Shown piece by piece: positions 12,521 to 25,008 of a DNA stretch of 64,000 nt. Every line of letters begins with the position of its first letter. Position 1 is the first letter of the stretch. The DNA comes from Dimorphilus gyrociliatus (lineage: Eukaryota; Animalia; Annelida). The notes under the pieces are model-generated. The model saw only the letters and a list, made by a program, of their open reading frames with translations, was not told where the DNA came from and did not search any database. Location of the stretch: positions 620,001 through 684,000 of the forward strand of contig CAJFCJ010000019.1 of assembly GCA_904063045.1 (NCBI GenBank), given 5' to 3'. The position numbers and the translations under genes are program-made.

Positions 12521-13382
12521 GGAAGAGAAGATCTATATATGTATATAGTCTCTGAATAATCACATAAATGTAATAACGTGGAATAGTAATTGTTTTATAT
12601 AAAAGGTATTTTTTTAAGTTTGGTAATTTATTTAATAAATTTTTTTCAAGTATTAAAAATAAATTTAATCAGTTATTTCGATAATAAATTACAAATACTT
12701 CAAATTGAATTAATTTCTTCTTTAAGTAGTATTTTAATAAATATTTATTATATCATTATTTGAAATCTTTTATAATTTGATGCCATTAGGAACAATCAAT
12801 AATTTTCGCTTCTTTATCAATTTATCTGGGGAATATGAATTTATGATAATAAATTTCCTTGAATATTGGTATACACTGGGGATATTTTAGAGATATTTTA
12901 AATAATTTCAAGGCAACTTAAGTTTTATATAGCGACCTCTAGATTGTAAATTTTAAGTTAATCGAATAAAAATTCATCTTAAAATTTATTATTTTATATA
13001 TAAAATGATTTTTTTGTGCTAGCACATTTTTCTAATGCATTTATGGTGTTTTGATATTATTCTATAAATTGAACGATATAAGACTATTTCTTCAGGATGT
13101 AGGTGGCGATACTGTACATGATTTTCCCAGTTAACAGAAAACATTGAAACCTTTTAGCCGTTAAAAATTTGAAGATAACTCATTTAAAACTGTAAGTTTT
13201 TTGATTTATTAATTATTTTCTAAAGACTTAACATTGTCAACGATTTATTAGTTTTTCACTATTCAAATTAGCAAACAATTCTACATTGAAAATACAGTTG
13301 TTGGTGGCATAAAAAAAATTAAAGAGCGATAATAGCATTCTAAGTAAAAGTTTATTTTTATTTTTCACAGGTGACTCGTAAA

Positions 13383-13711
13383 ATGTCGTCGACATCACAA
13401 AAACATAGAAACTTTGTCGCCGAGCCCATGGGAGAGAAAGAAGTAACTGAATTGGCGGGAATCGGTGAGAAATTTGGTGAAAGACTCAGAGAAAAAGGAT
13501 ATGATACAGTAATACCATGAAATAATTTAAATTGTCTATACTAATCGATTCTTATTTTCAATAGGCCTATACTGTGCTCGGCCAGTTTCTAATAATGAAA
13601 AAGGACGAAGATTGTTTTAAGGAATGGCTGAAAGATACTTGTGGAGCAAACGCAAAATATCAGAATGATTGCTACCAATGCTTGAAAGACTGGTGTGACT
13701 CATTTTTGTAA
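13383..13711 (+). CDS. BANF1: Barrier-to-autointegration factor, 2 coding exons: 13383-13508, 13565-13711 (90 aa)
   Basis: [42 protein letters not shown]|[48 protein letters not shown]. 5'UTR intron acceptor at 13370. Not in the ORF track. Confidence 0.97.
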
Positions 13712-13894
13712 TTGAATAACATACTTATTATATAAAAACCGAAGCACTGGAATTATTCTTTTTTTTTCCTTTTTTTTTAACTAGAATATTATATATTCCA
13801 AATATGTGAATTTTTTGTTAATAACCGATAGATGGAATTGCTACCAGTAAACGTTTGACCTTGACATTTTTACAATCTGTAGTTAGTAGAAGAT

Positions 13895-14641
13895 ATGGAT
13901 TCGTTCAAATTAACGAATTATTTGCGCGGTTGGATGGGAGTTGTAGCTCTCATGTCCTTCGGTAGCACGGTAGCCTGTTTTAAGGACTTGAAAACGTTGC
14001 AAGAAAGATTTTATACAACAAAAACTAGCGACGGTATATAAAAAAAAATCTATAGTACACATTATAACATCTCTTATTACAAATACTAGTCTTATGAAAA
14101 TTTTGATAGGATAAAAGATGTATATGAATATGATCGCTATTCTTTAAAATATTTCTAGTTACTCCTCTAACCGCTCGTTTATTCGGTTCATGGACGTTAT
14201 TAGCCGGCTTTGTTCGTCTCGCTTCCATGTTTTCCATAGAAAACAAAGCGTTTGTATGAATTTGTTATGATAGGCCTACTCCTAATGGAATATATATTTA
14301 TTTTTGTAAAAAATCAGAATATATGGTCTCTCGTACGTAACGTTTTGTTTGGAAGTGAGTCATTTTCTATTGGAGATCTTAATATATAAAACGGCGAACT
14401 TTACAGTAGGAATTGCTGCTCCTTTAGCGGTTTCAGGTTGGTTTATAAATAATAAATTTAAGGCTTATTTTTTTATAGTATAAATTTACATCATTTTGCA
14501 ATTGAAAAAGGTGTCTCATTAATATTCATGACATGTGGATATTTTTTTGTATGGAAGAGGAAAGTAATCGAAGATGTACGACCAAATTCTGTGAATTTTA
14601 TGACTGCTATAAGAAATCCAAGAAGGAAAAAAATAAATTAA
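13895..14641 (+). CDS. ERG28: Ergosterol biosynthesis protein 28 homolog (C14orf1), exons 13895-14033, 14159-14248, 14318-14436, 14511-14641; exon 2 appears 1 nt short
   Basis: MDSFKLTNYLRGWMGVVALMSFGSTVACFKD...; VTPLTARLFGSWTLLAGFVRL; IENKA; IYGLSYVTFCLEVSHFLLEILIYKTANFTVGIAAPLAVSGVSLIFM. These align with recalled human ERG28 (ARTFGIWTLL, IHNKTLY, GHFLSE, GVLAPL). Not in the ORF track. Confidence 0.85.
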
Positions 14642-15036
14642 GAAATAAGAAGATAGATATTGAATAGAAAGTGAAATTTGTTTGTTTCCTTAAATATTTA
14701 TTCTTCTCATCTTCCTCATCTTTCATAGATAAAATAAAAAAATCCTTGTTAAAGTTTTTACACGATACAATCTATTCACATTATATTTGTGTCACAGTAT
14801 CAATTGTCATTCATAAATACTCTTCTAAAACACTTTTAGAGTATTTTTTCCCTATTCTCTCTTCTTTTTGTGTTTTTTTACATTAGCATCAAACATTTAC
14901 AATATTAACCTGTCAAATATAAAGTTATAAAAAGCTTTATTTATCATTTAAATTGTTTAATTGTTTAATTTCGTTTTTTATTTTTTCTCCCTTGTTTGAA
15001 AATGAAATGTAGATTAGAGAGAGTCGGAAGTATGAA

Positions 15037-15417
15037 TCACGTAAGGTCCACTTCTAATTCGTCTGAGTTTAGTAATGTCTTTAAGTAGTATGATAATTTA
15101 TTAGGAAAACTCTTTTTTCTCATATCTCTTTCCTTTTCAACTTGTTCCCTTGTTTCTTGATCCATAGCCATTTTTTCAGGGTCTGCTAACGCTCCTCTCC
15201 GCACTCTCATACGATTGCATTGAAGGGCTGAGCTAAAATATTTATTATCTGTTCGATTTACAAGAGTACAGTCTGAAAAACTCTTCTTCAAGGTATTCCT
15301 AGCATTAATATTGTCTTCTTCCGTTCTCTCTTCTCTTTTCCAACACCATTTCTCGTCAGCTTCATCATTGCTCACAGAATTTTGTAATTTATTCGGAGCT
15401 ATCTTTGACGTTTTCAT
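15037..15417 (-). CDS. Hypothetical 126-aa charged protein, no recognised family
   Basis: ATG-initiated 126-codon ORF in AT-rich flanks with protein-like composition and no overlapping gene. No homology recognised. Confidence 0.45.
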   Translation of the reverse strand: MKTSKIAPNKLQNSVSNDEADEKWCWKREERTEEDNINARNTLKKSFSDCTLVNRTDNKYFSSALQCNRMRVRRGALADPEKMAMDQETREQVEKERDMRKKSFPNKLSYYLKTLLNSDELEVDLT

Positions 15418-16641
15418 GCGTCTCGATGTCAGGAAAATATTAGAATGAGTTGCGTTAGTTCAGGTACCGCCCTCTTTATCAATTACCAACCAATCAGCAG
15501 TTAGTTCTGTTATTTTTATCTTGAAGAGAATAAACGTTTACCGTGAACTGATACGATCGAATTCAACTCGTATCTGGTACTTGGTACCGAGTTGTATTTA
15601 TAGGCAAAAATTCTGTTTATAGAGGTAATAAATCCAAAAATTACTGTCTGGAATTCAGAACTCAGGTAAGTATGTCAGAACGACGGAAAAATTCTCGAAA
15701 AATATAGTCATTAGTAATGAAAAGAAACAAATCAGGAAAAGTGAAATAGGGATTTAAGTTTATAACTATGACTATACCTGTGCGATGAATCGGGTTTCTC
15801 TTTAAATTGATTAGATTCCCTTCAGGTTTGCGTTTTTTCGTGATAAACTTAAAGACTTTAATGACTTTTGAAAGACGCAAATTACATGACATATAATATC
15901 TGAGTAATTTGCAAAAAACGTGCTGATAGTTAATCAATAGAAGTCATCTAAAGACGAACAATTTATGGTAGAGAATAATATTTCAGAGGTGGGTAATCTA
16001 AATTATGCGAAAGAATCACGTGCTTCACTTTCACCCGTACCTAATTTGAAAATATTACTAGGTATTATACTCTGCACTTTCCTTATTAATGCTTGTTCGT
16101 TTCATCTTCGTCCTTTCCTAGTAACCTATTGCTCGTTAAAGATCTGCCTGAAAATTTGCCTTTTCAGATATATTTTATTGATTATCGTGATATATTTATT
16201 TATCGTTTTCCTCTTGACCAATTATAAATAAATTATGACTGTTTATGTTATCAAAATATATGACTATTAGTACTATTACTATTAATTGATTCAACTCTAA
16301 CTATTTGATTTAATAAATGTGGGTACTGTTTTGTTTAAACGCTGTCCTCAAAAGCCTCTATGAACAATATTCTTGTCCGTAAAACAGAGAAGAATGAACA
16401 GGGTTTTCCCGAAGCAGGTACAACGACTTGCACTTATTCTCTTTTGACTATTAGATAAAGATTATTTTTCTTTAATCGAACAAATCCAAGCACCAATAGA
16501 TGGATGAGCGATAAATCAAGGTGTAATTCAACATTTTATTCTAATATCTTCTCTCTTCTACAGTGAAATTAACAAGAAATTTATTCATAAACATTTGAGC
16601 ACAATACGGCGACAATCCGACTTTTTTCATCACATCAGGAA

Positions 16642-19600
16642 TTAAGACGTACTTTGATCCTCTGCAGGTCTTTCAAGTATTTCTTTGGTTTTATTCATGA
16701 CTGAAAAAAAAATATGTAAAGGGGTGAACTTTCCAAAGTCATTGACATTAGAAAAGCTGAGTGTTAGACTACGCGAAATCCGCACTAAAATAAGTACGCT
16801 ACCGAGTTTTCCGTAAGGATAAATGAATTATACAACAGCGTTTCAAAAGAAAATGGTTAAAAATGCTAAAGGGCGTAATTAGTTTACGATATCATGCTTT
16901 AAATGTAATTAATTTCTTCTCTTTTTAATTCATTAACATTGCCATGACCTAAAACACATAAAACGAAAGAAGACTTGGATAAAAAACAGATGAAAAGATT
17001 TAGCGATCCGTCCTATAATTACTCAAAATAGTGTAAATTTCCACTTACCGGCTTCAGGTGAGTCAATACATAACTTTTTATCAACCTGAGCTAACATTTC
17101 ATTTAATTCGTCTTCGAAGTCATCTATTAAGTATCCATAAAGGATTTTATTAGCTCATTAGAATAATCTAGTTTTTTACCTAATGGCCTAATTTTTGAAC
17201 TCAGACTAGTTAAAAATAACATTACCTTTATTGTCGCCGGAATTTGAAATAACTGCTTCTGATGTTCCGTTGAGCAAAGTATGTTGAGTTACGATTTCTT
17301 CCATTAAGTTTTCTATTTTTGAATCTCTTTCAACGGATTGTGACGTATCTGACGTATCAATTGGTTTATCATCTTCTTCAGACATTTCAATCACTTTATC
17401 CGTATACGATGAGCCTTCAGATATATTATTTGCAGGTGTTTGCTTAACGTCTTCTGAGTCCGATAATTCATTTTTATCTTTTGATGAATCAACATCTTTT
17501 GGAATGTTTACTGAATTATCAATACTGTCCGAACAGCCTTTGTTCGTTGTATTATCCTCGTCCGGACGAGGTTCAACTAATAAATGGCTATTGCTTTCAT
17601 CTTTAACCCTATGTACAACAAATTTTTTTGCTGAAGAAGGACTTAAAGTTGGAGAGAGAGTTGTGTTTTCTGTAACAGGTTTTAAGCAGGCGTGTCCATC
17701 GCTAGAGACCATGGGAGACTGAGGAAAATTTTCGGACACTTTTTCCGGTTCTACTTGAGAAGACTGAGGAGGCTCTTCTGCTACAGTTTGCAAACGGCTT
17801 TTTTCTGAATTCCATGTAATCATGTGCTCCTCGGTTACAAAAGCAGGTGATTCTAATTCAGCTGCATTAGGAAGATGAGGTCTAGAAAAATTTAAATGTA
17901 ACTGAGATCTATTTAGCCCTTTTATCTCTGGAATAACTTGTTCCTCTACTACAGTTTGTTCAATTTCTTCTTCTTGTATTTTTTCGGCAGCAAGCTCTTT
18001 CTCTATTCGCTCTTGTTCTTCTTGCTCTTCTCTTTTCTGCTGTAATTCCCTATTGCGTGCCATATAATTACTAATATCATTTAAAAGTCGGCGTTGCTGG
18101 ACAGCATAATCTTTCATTGTTTCACGTTTTGGTTCTCTATCCAAATCAAGTCTAGTAACAGATTGGCTAACTTTTAACGACAATGATAGAGCCATAAGTC
18201 CAGCAGTCTTTATATCGTTTTCTCTCATGTCAATTCGTAATAATTTCTTAGCTTCTGTTACGTACTCGGCTAATGCAATGGCACCTTCACACGAAATTTT
18301 AGCCGCCTGCAATCCAATTCGCAACAAACTACGATTTCTTAGCAAACCATCTTTTAATTGATGAATACCTTCATTTGCAATATTATTGTGCCCAAGATTT
18401 AATGTTTCCAAACAATTACTTAAAATCTGTAAAGGGGTTATAGAAAGGTCACAATGAATAAGTCAAATTACATTTCGATAAAATCTAGTTACCAATGCTC
18501 TAGCAAGAGACGGCATCGATTGGTAAGTAATCTGATTATTCCAAAGAACTAGAGTTAACAAACCCTTTTCAACTGTTTGTTCACATAAACCAGAACAAAT
18601 ATGAATGGTACCAGTATCCTTAAAAGTAATTTTGACATATTACTGTGAAAAAACCCTTTATTTTATGTAATATTTTAACCTACTTGTAAATGATTATTGC
18701 GGAGATCTAACAATTGTAAATGATTGTTATATTTAAGCATATTCCCCAGATGAATCCCATCACTTGGCATTAAACGATTATCAGCCAGAAAAAATTCTTT
18801 TAAAGTCTCGTTCATTTTTATAGCAGCAACTATAAAATAACGTATTGTTTAATATGTCCAACAAGCTTTATTATTAAAACAAGAATAAATTGATGTATTC
18901 TACCTAAAATCATTAATGGCCTTCCTGATAAAGATGAATTTTCCAAGTGTAATGTTGCCAAATGGCAACCCATTCTAATAGTCCTAGCCAAGAATGGTAT
19001 GGATTGTTCATTTAATTGACAATTTCGAGCTTCTAAAGTTTCTAGGCAAGGTGTCTGTATATGCAAATATCAGTATCATTTAATTTTACAACCGTTAGTT
19101 AAATCTAAACAAACCTTTTTTATCATGCGAGAGCACGCTTGCCATCCCCGTGGACCAAGACGGTTGTAAGATATGTTCAAACGCATTGCGGATTCATAGT
19201 ATTCAATCATATCAAAAATTGCAATACCACACTGAGAAAAATTTTATTTTTTTATTATCTGTAGTTTCACTATAAAATAATATCTAACCTCATCCTCAAG
19301 ATGAGATGCTTCCAAATCAAGGGTTCTAAACTGTACTCTTCTCAGAATTTCTTCCAAGGTTTCGCAATGTTTAACATCAATCTTTTCACCCCTTAAACTT
19401 AAAGTTTCATTTCTATCATAAAAATCAGATACGGCCTGTGATGAAAAAAAAAGATAATTTTTTGATATTACTTTGGTAAAAACATGAATTGATACGACCA
19501 TTAGTTGACTCAACAACTTGATTATTGGCTTCACGCCTTGTTTTTCGCAAGCTCTTTTATAAGCTTCAACCAATTCTTCGGTCGAACATCTTTCAGCTAG

Positions 19601-19925
19601 TGATAAGATAGAGTTGAAATTCGTCAAAAAAGTTTGATCAGTGTATAAAACCTGCTGTCCATGGGTTTGGGGCTTCCATATAACCAGAAACGACCCGTTC
19701 ATCTACGGGAAAAGACACTCTCCTTGACTTTTTTTCCGATTTTCCTTCGTTTCTCATAGCGCCTAAGGAATCCTCATCCGTGCTAGAACTATTGTCAGCT
19801 GATGAAAGTGTTTCGGGGTTATTTGAATTATTCTCAACATCTCCAGTGTGTTGCGTAATCGTTATCACGTCATCTGTTGCTTCTAATGCTATCTCAATAT
19901 TTTCATGAGATACAGGGTGGTTCAT
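16642..19925 (-). CDS. PPP1R37: Protein phosphatase 1 regulatory subunit 37 (LRRC68), multi-exon
   Basis: N-terminal RVxF motif (KKSRRVSFP), EAYKRACEKQGVKPI, ribonuclease-inhibitor-type LRRs (LNLGHNNIANEGIHQLKDGLLRNRSLLRIGLQAAKISCEGAIALAE) and an acidic tail. Two extra 3' exons (~17050-17125 DDFEDELNEML; ~16642-16700 VMNKTKE...STS*). Confidence 0.9.
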
Positions 19926-20329
19926 GGTGTGATAATTCTGTTAAGGCTATTTATCGGCTATAAACATCTGCTACTCTCGCCATCTTTGTTATTTGGTTTT
20001 CAATACGCATGCGCGAATAAACCTTTCTAAAAATATGGTATGTATTCCTCTATAAAAATTTCTTTTAAAATATAGACGAACACCTTTGACATGTCTTGAC
20101 AAAAATCAGGTTCCGCTTCCTATTTAACAGTAGGCACAATATAAATGTTAGTAAATTCCTTGAATCAAATAAAACAAACTGCAAAACCATTTAAGCAATC
20201 AGCTATTTCAAAATTTTAATATAGATTATAGAAAATATAAAAGGTTTGAGTGATTGTTTGGTCTAAATATTCCCTTAAACAAATGACTTAATCTACTTTT
20301 TCATTTAGTTTCTGCGGACTATTTAAACG
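19926..20329. promoter_or_regulatory. Bidirectional promoter PPP1R37/VRK with NRF1-like motif
   Basis: Divergent ATGs are 404 nt apart. CGCATGCGC at 20006-20014. Confidence 0.5.
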
Positions 20330-21820
20330 ATGCCTCCGAAAAAGAAAAACGCGGGTGGTTCTAAAGGGGCCCATGCTCTCCCTCCTCCTATTCCTGAAGG
20401 TGAAATCCTTACAGATAACCAGAAAAAACAGTGGAAAGTGGGGAACGCCATTGGATCGGGAGGCTTTGGTTTAATTTATCTAGGTAAGTCTACTTACAAT
20501 TTGACAAGTCTTCAATTAATTTGTTGATAACATTTCAGCAAGTTCCGATATTGAAAAGAAAGTAACTACATCAACAGCTGAATATGTTCTGAAAATTGTA
20601 ATTATGTCAATTGGAATAGTACTATAAATCACTAAAAAATTTATTCATATTTTAGGAGCCTGTTGGAAATGGACCTCTCTTCTGCGAGATTAATTTTTAT
20701 ATTAAAGCAGCAAAGAAAGATATGGGTAAATATCTATATATGATCCTATAGCATAATTTTTAATGTTAATATAATTTAGTCGAATCGTGGAAGAAAAAGA
20801 GAAAGCAATATCATTTGGGCATTCCCATCTATATAGCTTCTGGTCAACACGAAAGGAGCGGTCATAAATACCGGTTTATGATTATGCAAAGATTCTCGAC
20901 AGACTTACAGAAGCTGTTTGAAAAGAATAATAAATCTTTTAAGGAATCAGACTGTTTTTTGATATTTTTACAAGTTGTAAGTTATAGAAAAGCAATTATG
21001 ATGACACTTTATTCACTTTTTGGTATGTCTAAAATATAGTTAGATACTTTGGAATATATACACGAAAAAGGTTATGTTCATGCTGATATAAAAGCCTCAA
21101 ATCTGCTAATTGATATAGATGATGATTCAAAGGTTTGAATATTCTTCAAAAATTTCACGTGTAATTATATCGCATATTGCTTCAGGTTTATTTGGTTGAT
21201 TATGGTTTGGCAACAAGATATCTTTCTAGCAGTAATCATAAACCTTACAAAGAAGATAAACGTAAATGTCATGATGGAACAATCGAATTTACAAGTCTCG
21301 ATGCTCATAGAGGAGCAGGTTTTAAATGAAATTTCATATTTATTTAATTTTTATATCTGTTCCTAACTTGAGTACAGATCCTTCTAGAAGAGGAGACTTG
21401 GAAATACTTATGTATTGTCTTATTCAATGGTTAATTGGAAAGTTACCGTGGGAAGACAAGCTAACGGATAAAGAATATGTAATGAGAAAGAAAAACGAGT
21501 AAGTTTTATATTGACCTCCGTTAAATCTTTTGAATTTGTGTCTTTCAGTTTTATGAAAAATATAGGAAGTTCATTAAAACGAATGTTTGCGGGAAATTCT
21601 TACTTAGGTAAGTAAATTTTTTATTTTTTTTTTAATTACAAGAATATGAAAAGAAGGTTCTTTATTGAACAGACTCATTAGTTGGATTAGTTAACTATAT
21701 CAAAGAACTTGAATACGACGAAAGCCCCGACTATAGCCGATGTAGAAATTATATAGTATCTGCATTAGAAGAAATAGGAGAGGATTCAAACAGTCAATTA
21801 ACTATAACAATGGTAAAACT

Positions 21821-21857
<37 letters not shown>

Positions 21858-22550
21858 TAGATCATTTCTTTACTAAACTTTCATCAATTAGATGCCCCGA
21901 AAGCGTGGGTCTGTTGGTCATTTGTCTGACATTAGTAAAAGACAGAGACAGAAAAGTCCTGATCAAACAACATCCGGTAAAACTAATTACATACTATTTT
22001 CTATATGGTTACAATTCGTTACTTAAGCAGGAACACAAAGAGGACGAAGGGTTTTAAAAAAGGTGGCAGTGGCAGCTAAAGATTCTTCGTCAGAAAGGGA
22101 AATTGAATCTGATATGCCTCAAAAGAAGCCACAGCCTAAAAGACTAAATGAAATTAAGAAATCTGCTATTCAAACGAAAAGGACAAATCATAAACACTTG
22201 CACAAAAGCCTCCTTACAGACGATGATGAAGAAGAAAATGATAATTATGATTCTGAGTCAAGTAGTGAGGAAGAATGGGAAGAGCCTGCCCATAAAAAAG
22301 CAACTAAAAAGCAAATTCTGACAAGAACAAGGTAATTTAAATTCTGTTTAATAAAAATTTATACATATTGTATTATAATATACTTATATTTTGTTTCAGT
22401 AAACAAAAAAAAGGGGATACGGATAAAATTAGTACTTCCTCTAAAAAACAGACTGTGCCGAAAAAAACTGTAAAACGCGTTCAACGACGTAGTACGGCCA
22501 CTCAAACATCCCCTGGTTTAAAGGGCCTCAAAAAAAAGATGAAAAAGTAG
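20330..22550 (+). CDS. VRK1: Vaccinia-related kinase (VRK1/ballchen-like), about 12 exons
   Basis: [80 protein letters not shown]. Basic-acidic-basic C-tail. The invertebrate gene is probably a pro-ortholog of VRK1/VRK2. Confidence 0.95.
21819..21858. repeat. (TA)n microsatellite in a VRK intron
   Basis: Directly visible. Confidence 0.9.
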
Positions 22551-22582
22551 CGTAGAATAGTTGTGTGTAGTTCTATAATATC

Positions 22583-24549
22583 CTATTGGATATTCACAGT
22601 TATCGGCTGTAAGAGAACTCTTTAATTGTGTTATGAAAACAGAATGTAAAAATCGATACCTTTTTACAGAGGCAGCATTTGCCAAATACAAGTTTCATAC
22701 TTTTTCTTGTATCAGGTCTTGTGTAGAGCCACTAATGAAAAAAATTTATACAATAATTTAAACAGAAGCACTGGAAATACGATTTTAATGTAATATATAC
22801 CTTTACAAGACAAGCGCTATGATACGTTTGTTGACACGACTGACAGACCGTATCTGGAATTTTTTCGCTTTCTGGATGATTAAATAATAAACAAATGCCG
22901 CATTCGGGTTGAGAAGAGTCTGGATTTTCGTCACGTTTCTTAAACTTCATCTCGAATATACTTTCCAAGTTAGAAACAAGACTTTCTTCACAGTTCCTTT
23001 TAGAATATTTTTAAGCGTTACATGTGTTTATAGCAGTCTTTTTATATTAATTTGATACCATAAATGAGCGTTTTCGTGTAAAAATTTCTCATATTTCATT
23101 GCATCTGTAGTAAAAAACATTCGAAACAATTTATATGGTTTTCTAAAACGGATTTTTTCTTAATCAGATTCTTTCTATTACCTTTCGTTGGTCCTAAAAA
23201 TTTTAAAGTTGGTAAAGATTGAGGGCATCTAACATCAACAGTAATTGTCATTGAAACACTTTGTTCTAAAAGAAAATACATATAATCCGTTGGTTGAACG
23301 ATAAAGATGCTAATAATATATAATCCTACCTATATATATTTGCCTAAAAGTCTCTTTATATTTAAGAGAAGAATCAGGTTGTATAACCCAAGTTTCCTCT
23401 TCCAGTTCGTCAAATATTTTCCAAAGATATTGATATTTTTTAAGAGATTCCTCAAATTCGTTAAAAATGTCAAGAATTTTGCTTTTCTTAAAAAAAAGAA
23501 TTGATAGTTAAAAACTATAATGTACATATATATATATATTTTTATTGTCTTTACTTCCGGTATCCATTTAAAATCGAATTTCTCCGGAAGCGAACAAATA
23601 ACTATAGGAGCCACTCTTGGATACTATGAACATTTAGCCATTTAGATAATCAAGATAAGATATTCATTTCTAGTTGCGGTTTAATTACCTCGTTGTCTAG
23701 GTTTATTTTAAATAAATGGTTTCTATCAGCTTCGTCAATACCTCTTAAATGTATCTCTTTTAAATCGGCATCGACATATTGAATCCTAGATGGAAAATAA
23801 ATCGAATACAAATCAATAAAAATACTTTTATCTGGCCATTTATCGTGGGGAACGTTGATAGCTTTGATTAATATTCTTCCCGCACAATTTACCGATATTA
23901 ATGCTGTTCTTTTAACCTTTTATGTTTTAGACGCTCGATAAAAATTAGTATAATTTTCAGACGTCTAACATACTAAATCACTTCTCTTTTTTTACTACTA
24001 TTGGACGTACCTATTCCATCCTATTTCTGCCATTTCATCAACTAAACGTTTATAGTTTTTGAAGTGTAGACCGTCTTTAAATGAATTTTGATTTATTACG
24101 GATTTCTATAAAATTGAATAAATGTTTAAAAACAATTTATTTATAGTTAGATGTAAAATTGTACCGATTCATTGTAAAAATGATGGATAATATTGTCCAA
24201 AATGGATTCTTCGTTCAATGACTATAAATATATTAACGGAATATATTTCACTATACTATGAATGATTCGTTATTGAGCTTACTTCTCTGATATTTGACGT
24301 TAATTTCCTTAATTTTATATTATCGCACTTAAACCAGCTTGTTTTATCTAAGTCTGTAGGTTTTTTAAGGTCAATAAATATTTCGTGATCCTAAAGTAAA
24401 AACAACAAAGTATAATCTTTAAAGTTTAGATATCAATAATGACATACATCATATCTAAGATAACCAGCGTATCTTGAAGAATCTTTTTTTAAGCATACTA
24501 TTAAGGGATATTGGTCGGTAAAATTAAGTTCTCCACTTTTAGTATCCAT
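22583..24549 (-). CDS. FANCL: E3 ubiquitin ligase FANCL, multi-exon
   Basis: ATG at 24549 (MDTKSGELNFTDQYPLIVCLKK...YAGYL). DRWD-like VSMTITVDVRCPQSLPTLKFLG. C-terminal RING ECGICLLF...PDTVCQSCQQTYHSACLVK|WLYTRPDTRKSMKLVFGKCCLCKK|PITVNIQ* with stop at 22583. Confidence 0.9.
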
Positions 24550-25008
24550 GTGGGCAATAACCTTTCTAAGAGTTACTTCAAGTCACCAATCCCACCAAAA
24601 ATCCGCCCACGGTTTAATTTACCAGCTCTGTAGCCTATTCGAGATGATGCTGGTAATTATATTTTTTAATTTAAACTCTATCAGAAAAGAGTCGTCTGCT
24701 GTGTAATTTGGTTGGTATCTAAGGTCAAATATGACTAAAAGCTCTCAAACTTGAACAAGGTTATTACAGGGTAAACTTGTTTGATAATGTTGGGTTTTTT
24801 ATCAGATTAGTATAAAATAAAGTATAAAAAATGTCTATAATATTACATTTGATCAAGAATTGCATACAAAACTAATTGAGCAAAAAGATCCAATGTTAAA
24901 AATCAACCAATAAGATTTGAGTTTTGGCCGGAAGGCGCCAAGTTGAGTGCATAAATATTCGATCTACAAAGCCATCAGGCCACTAACGTTTTCGTGAAAA
25001 ACAAAGAA

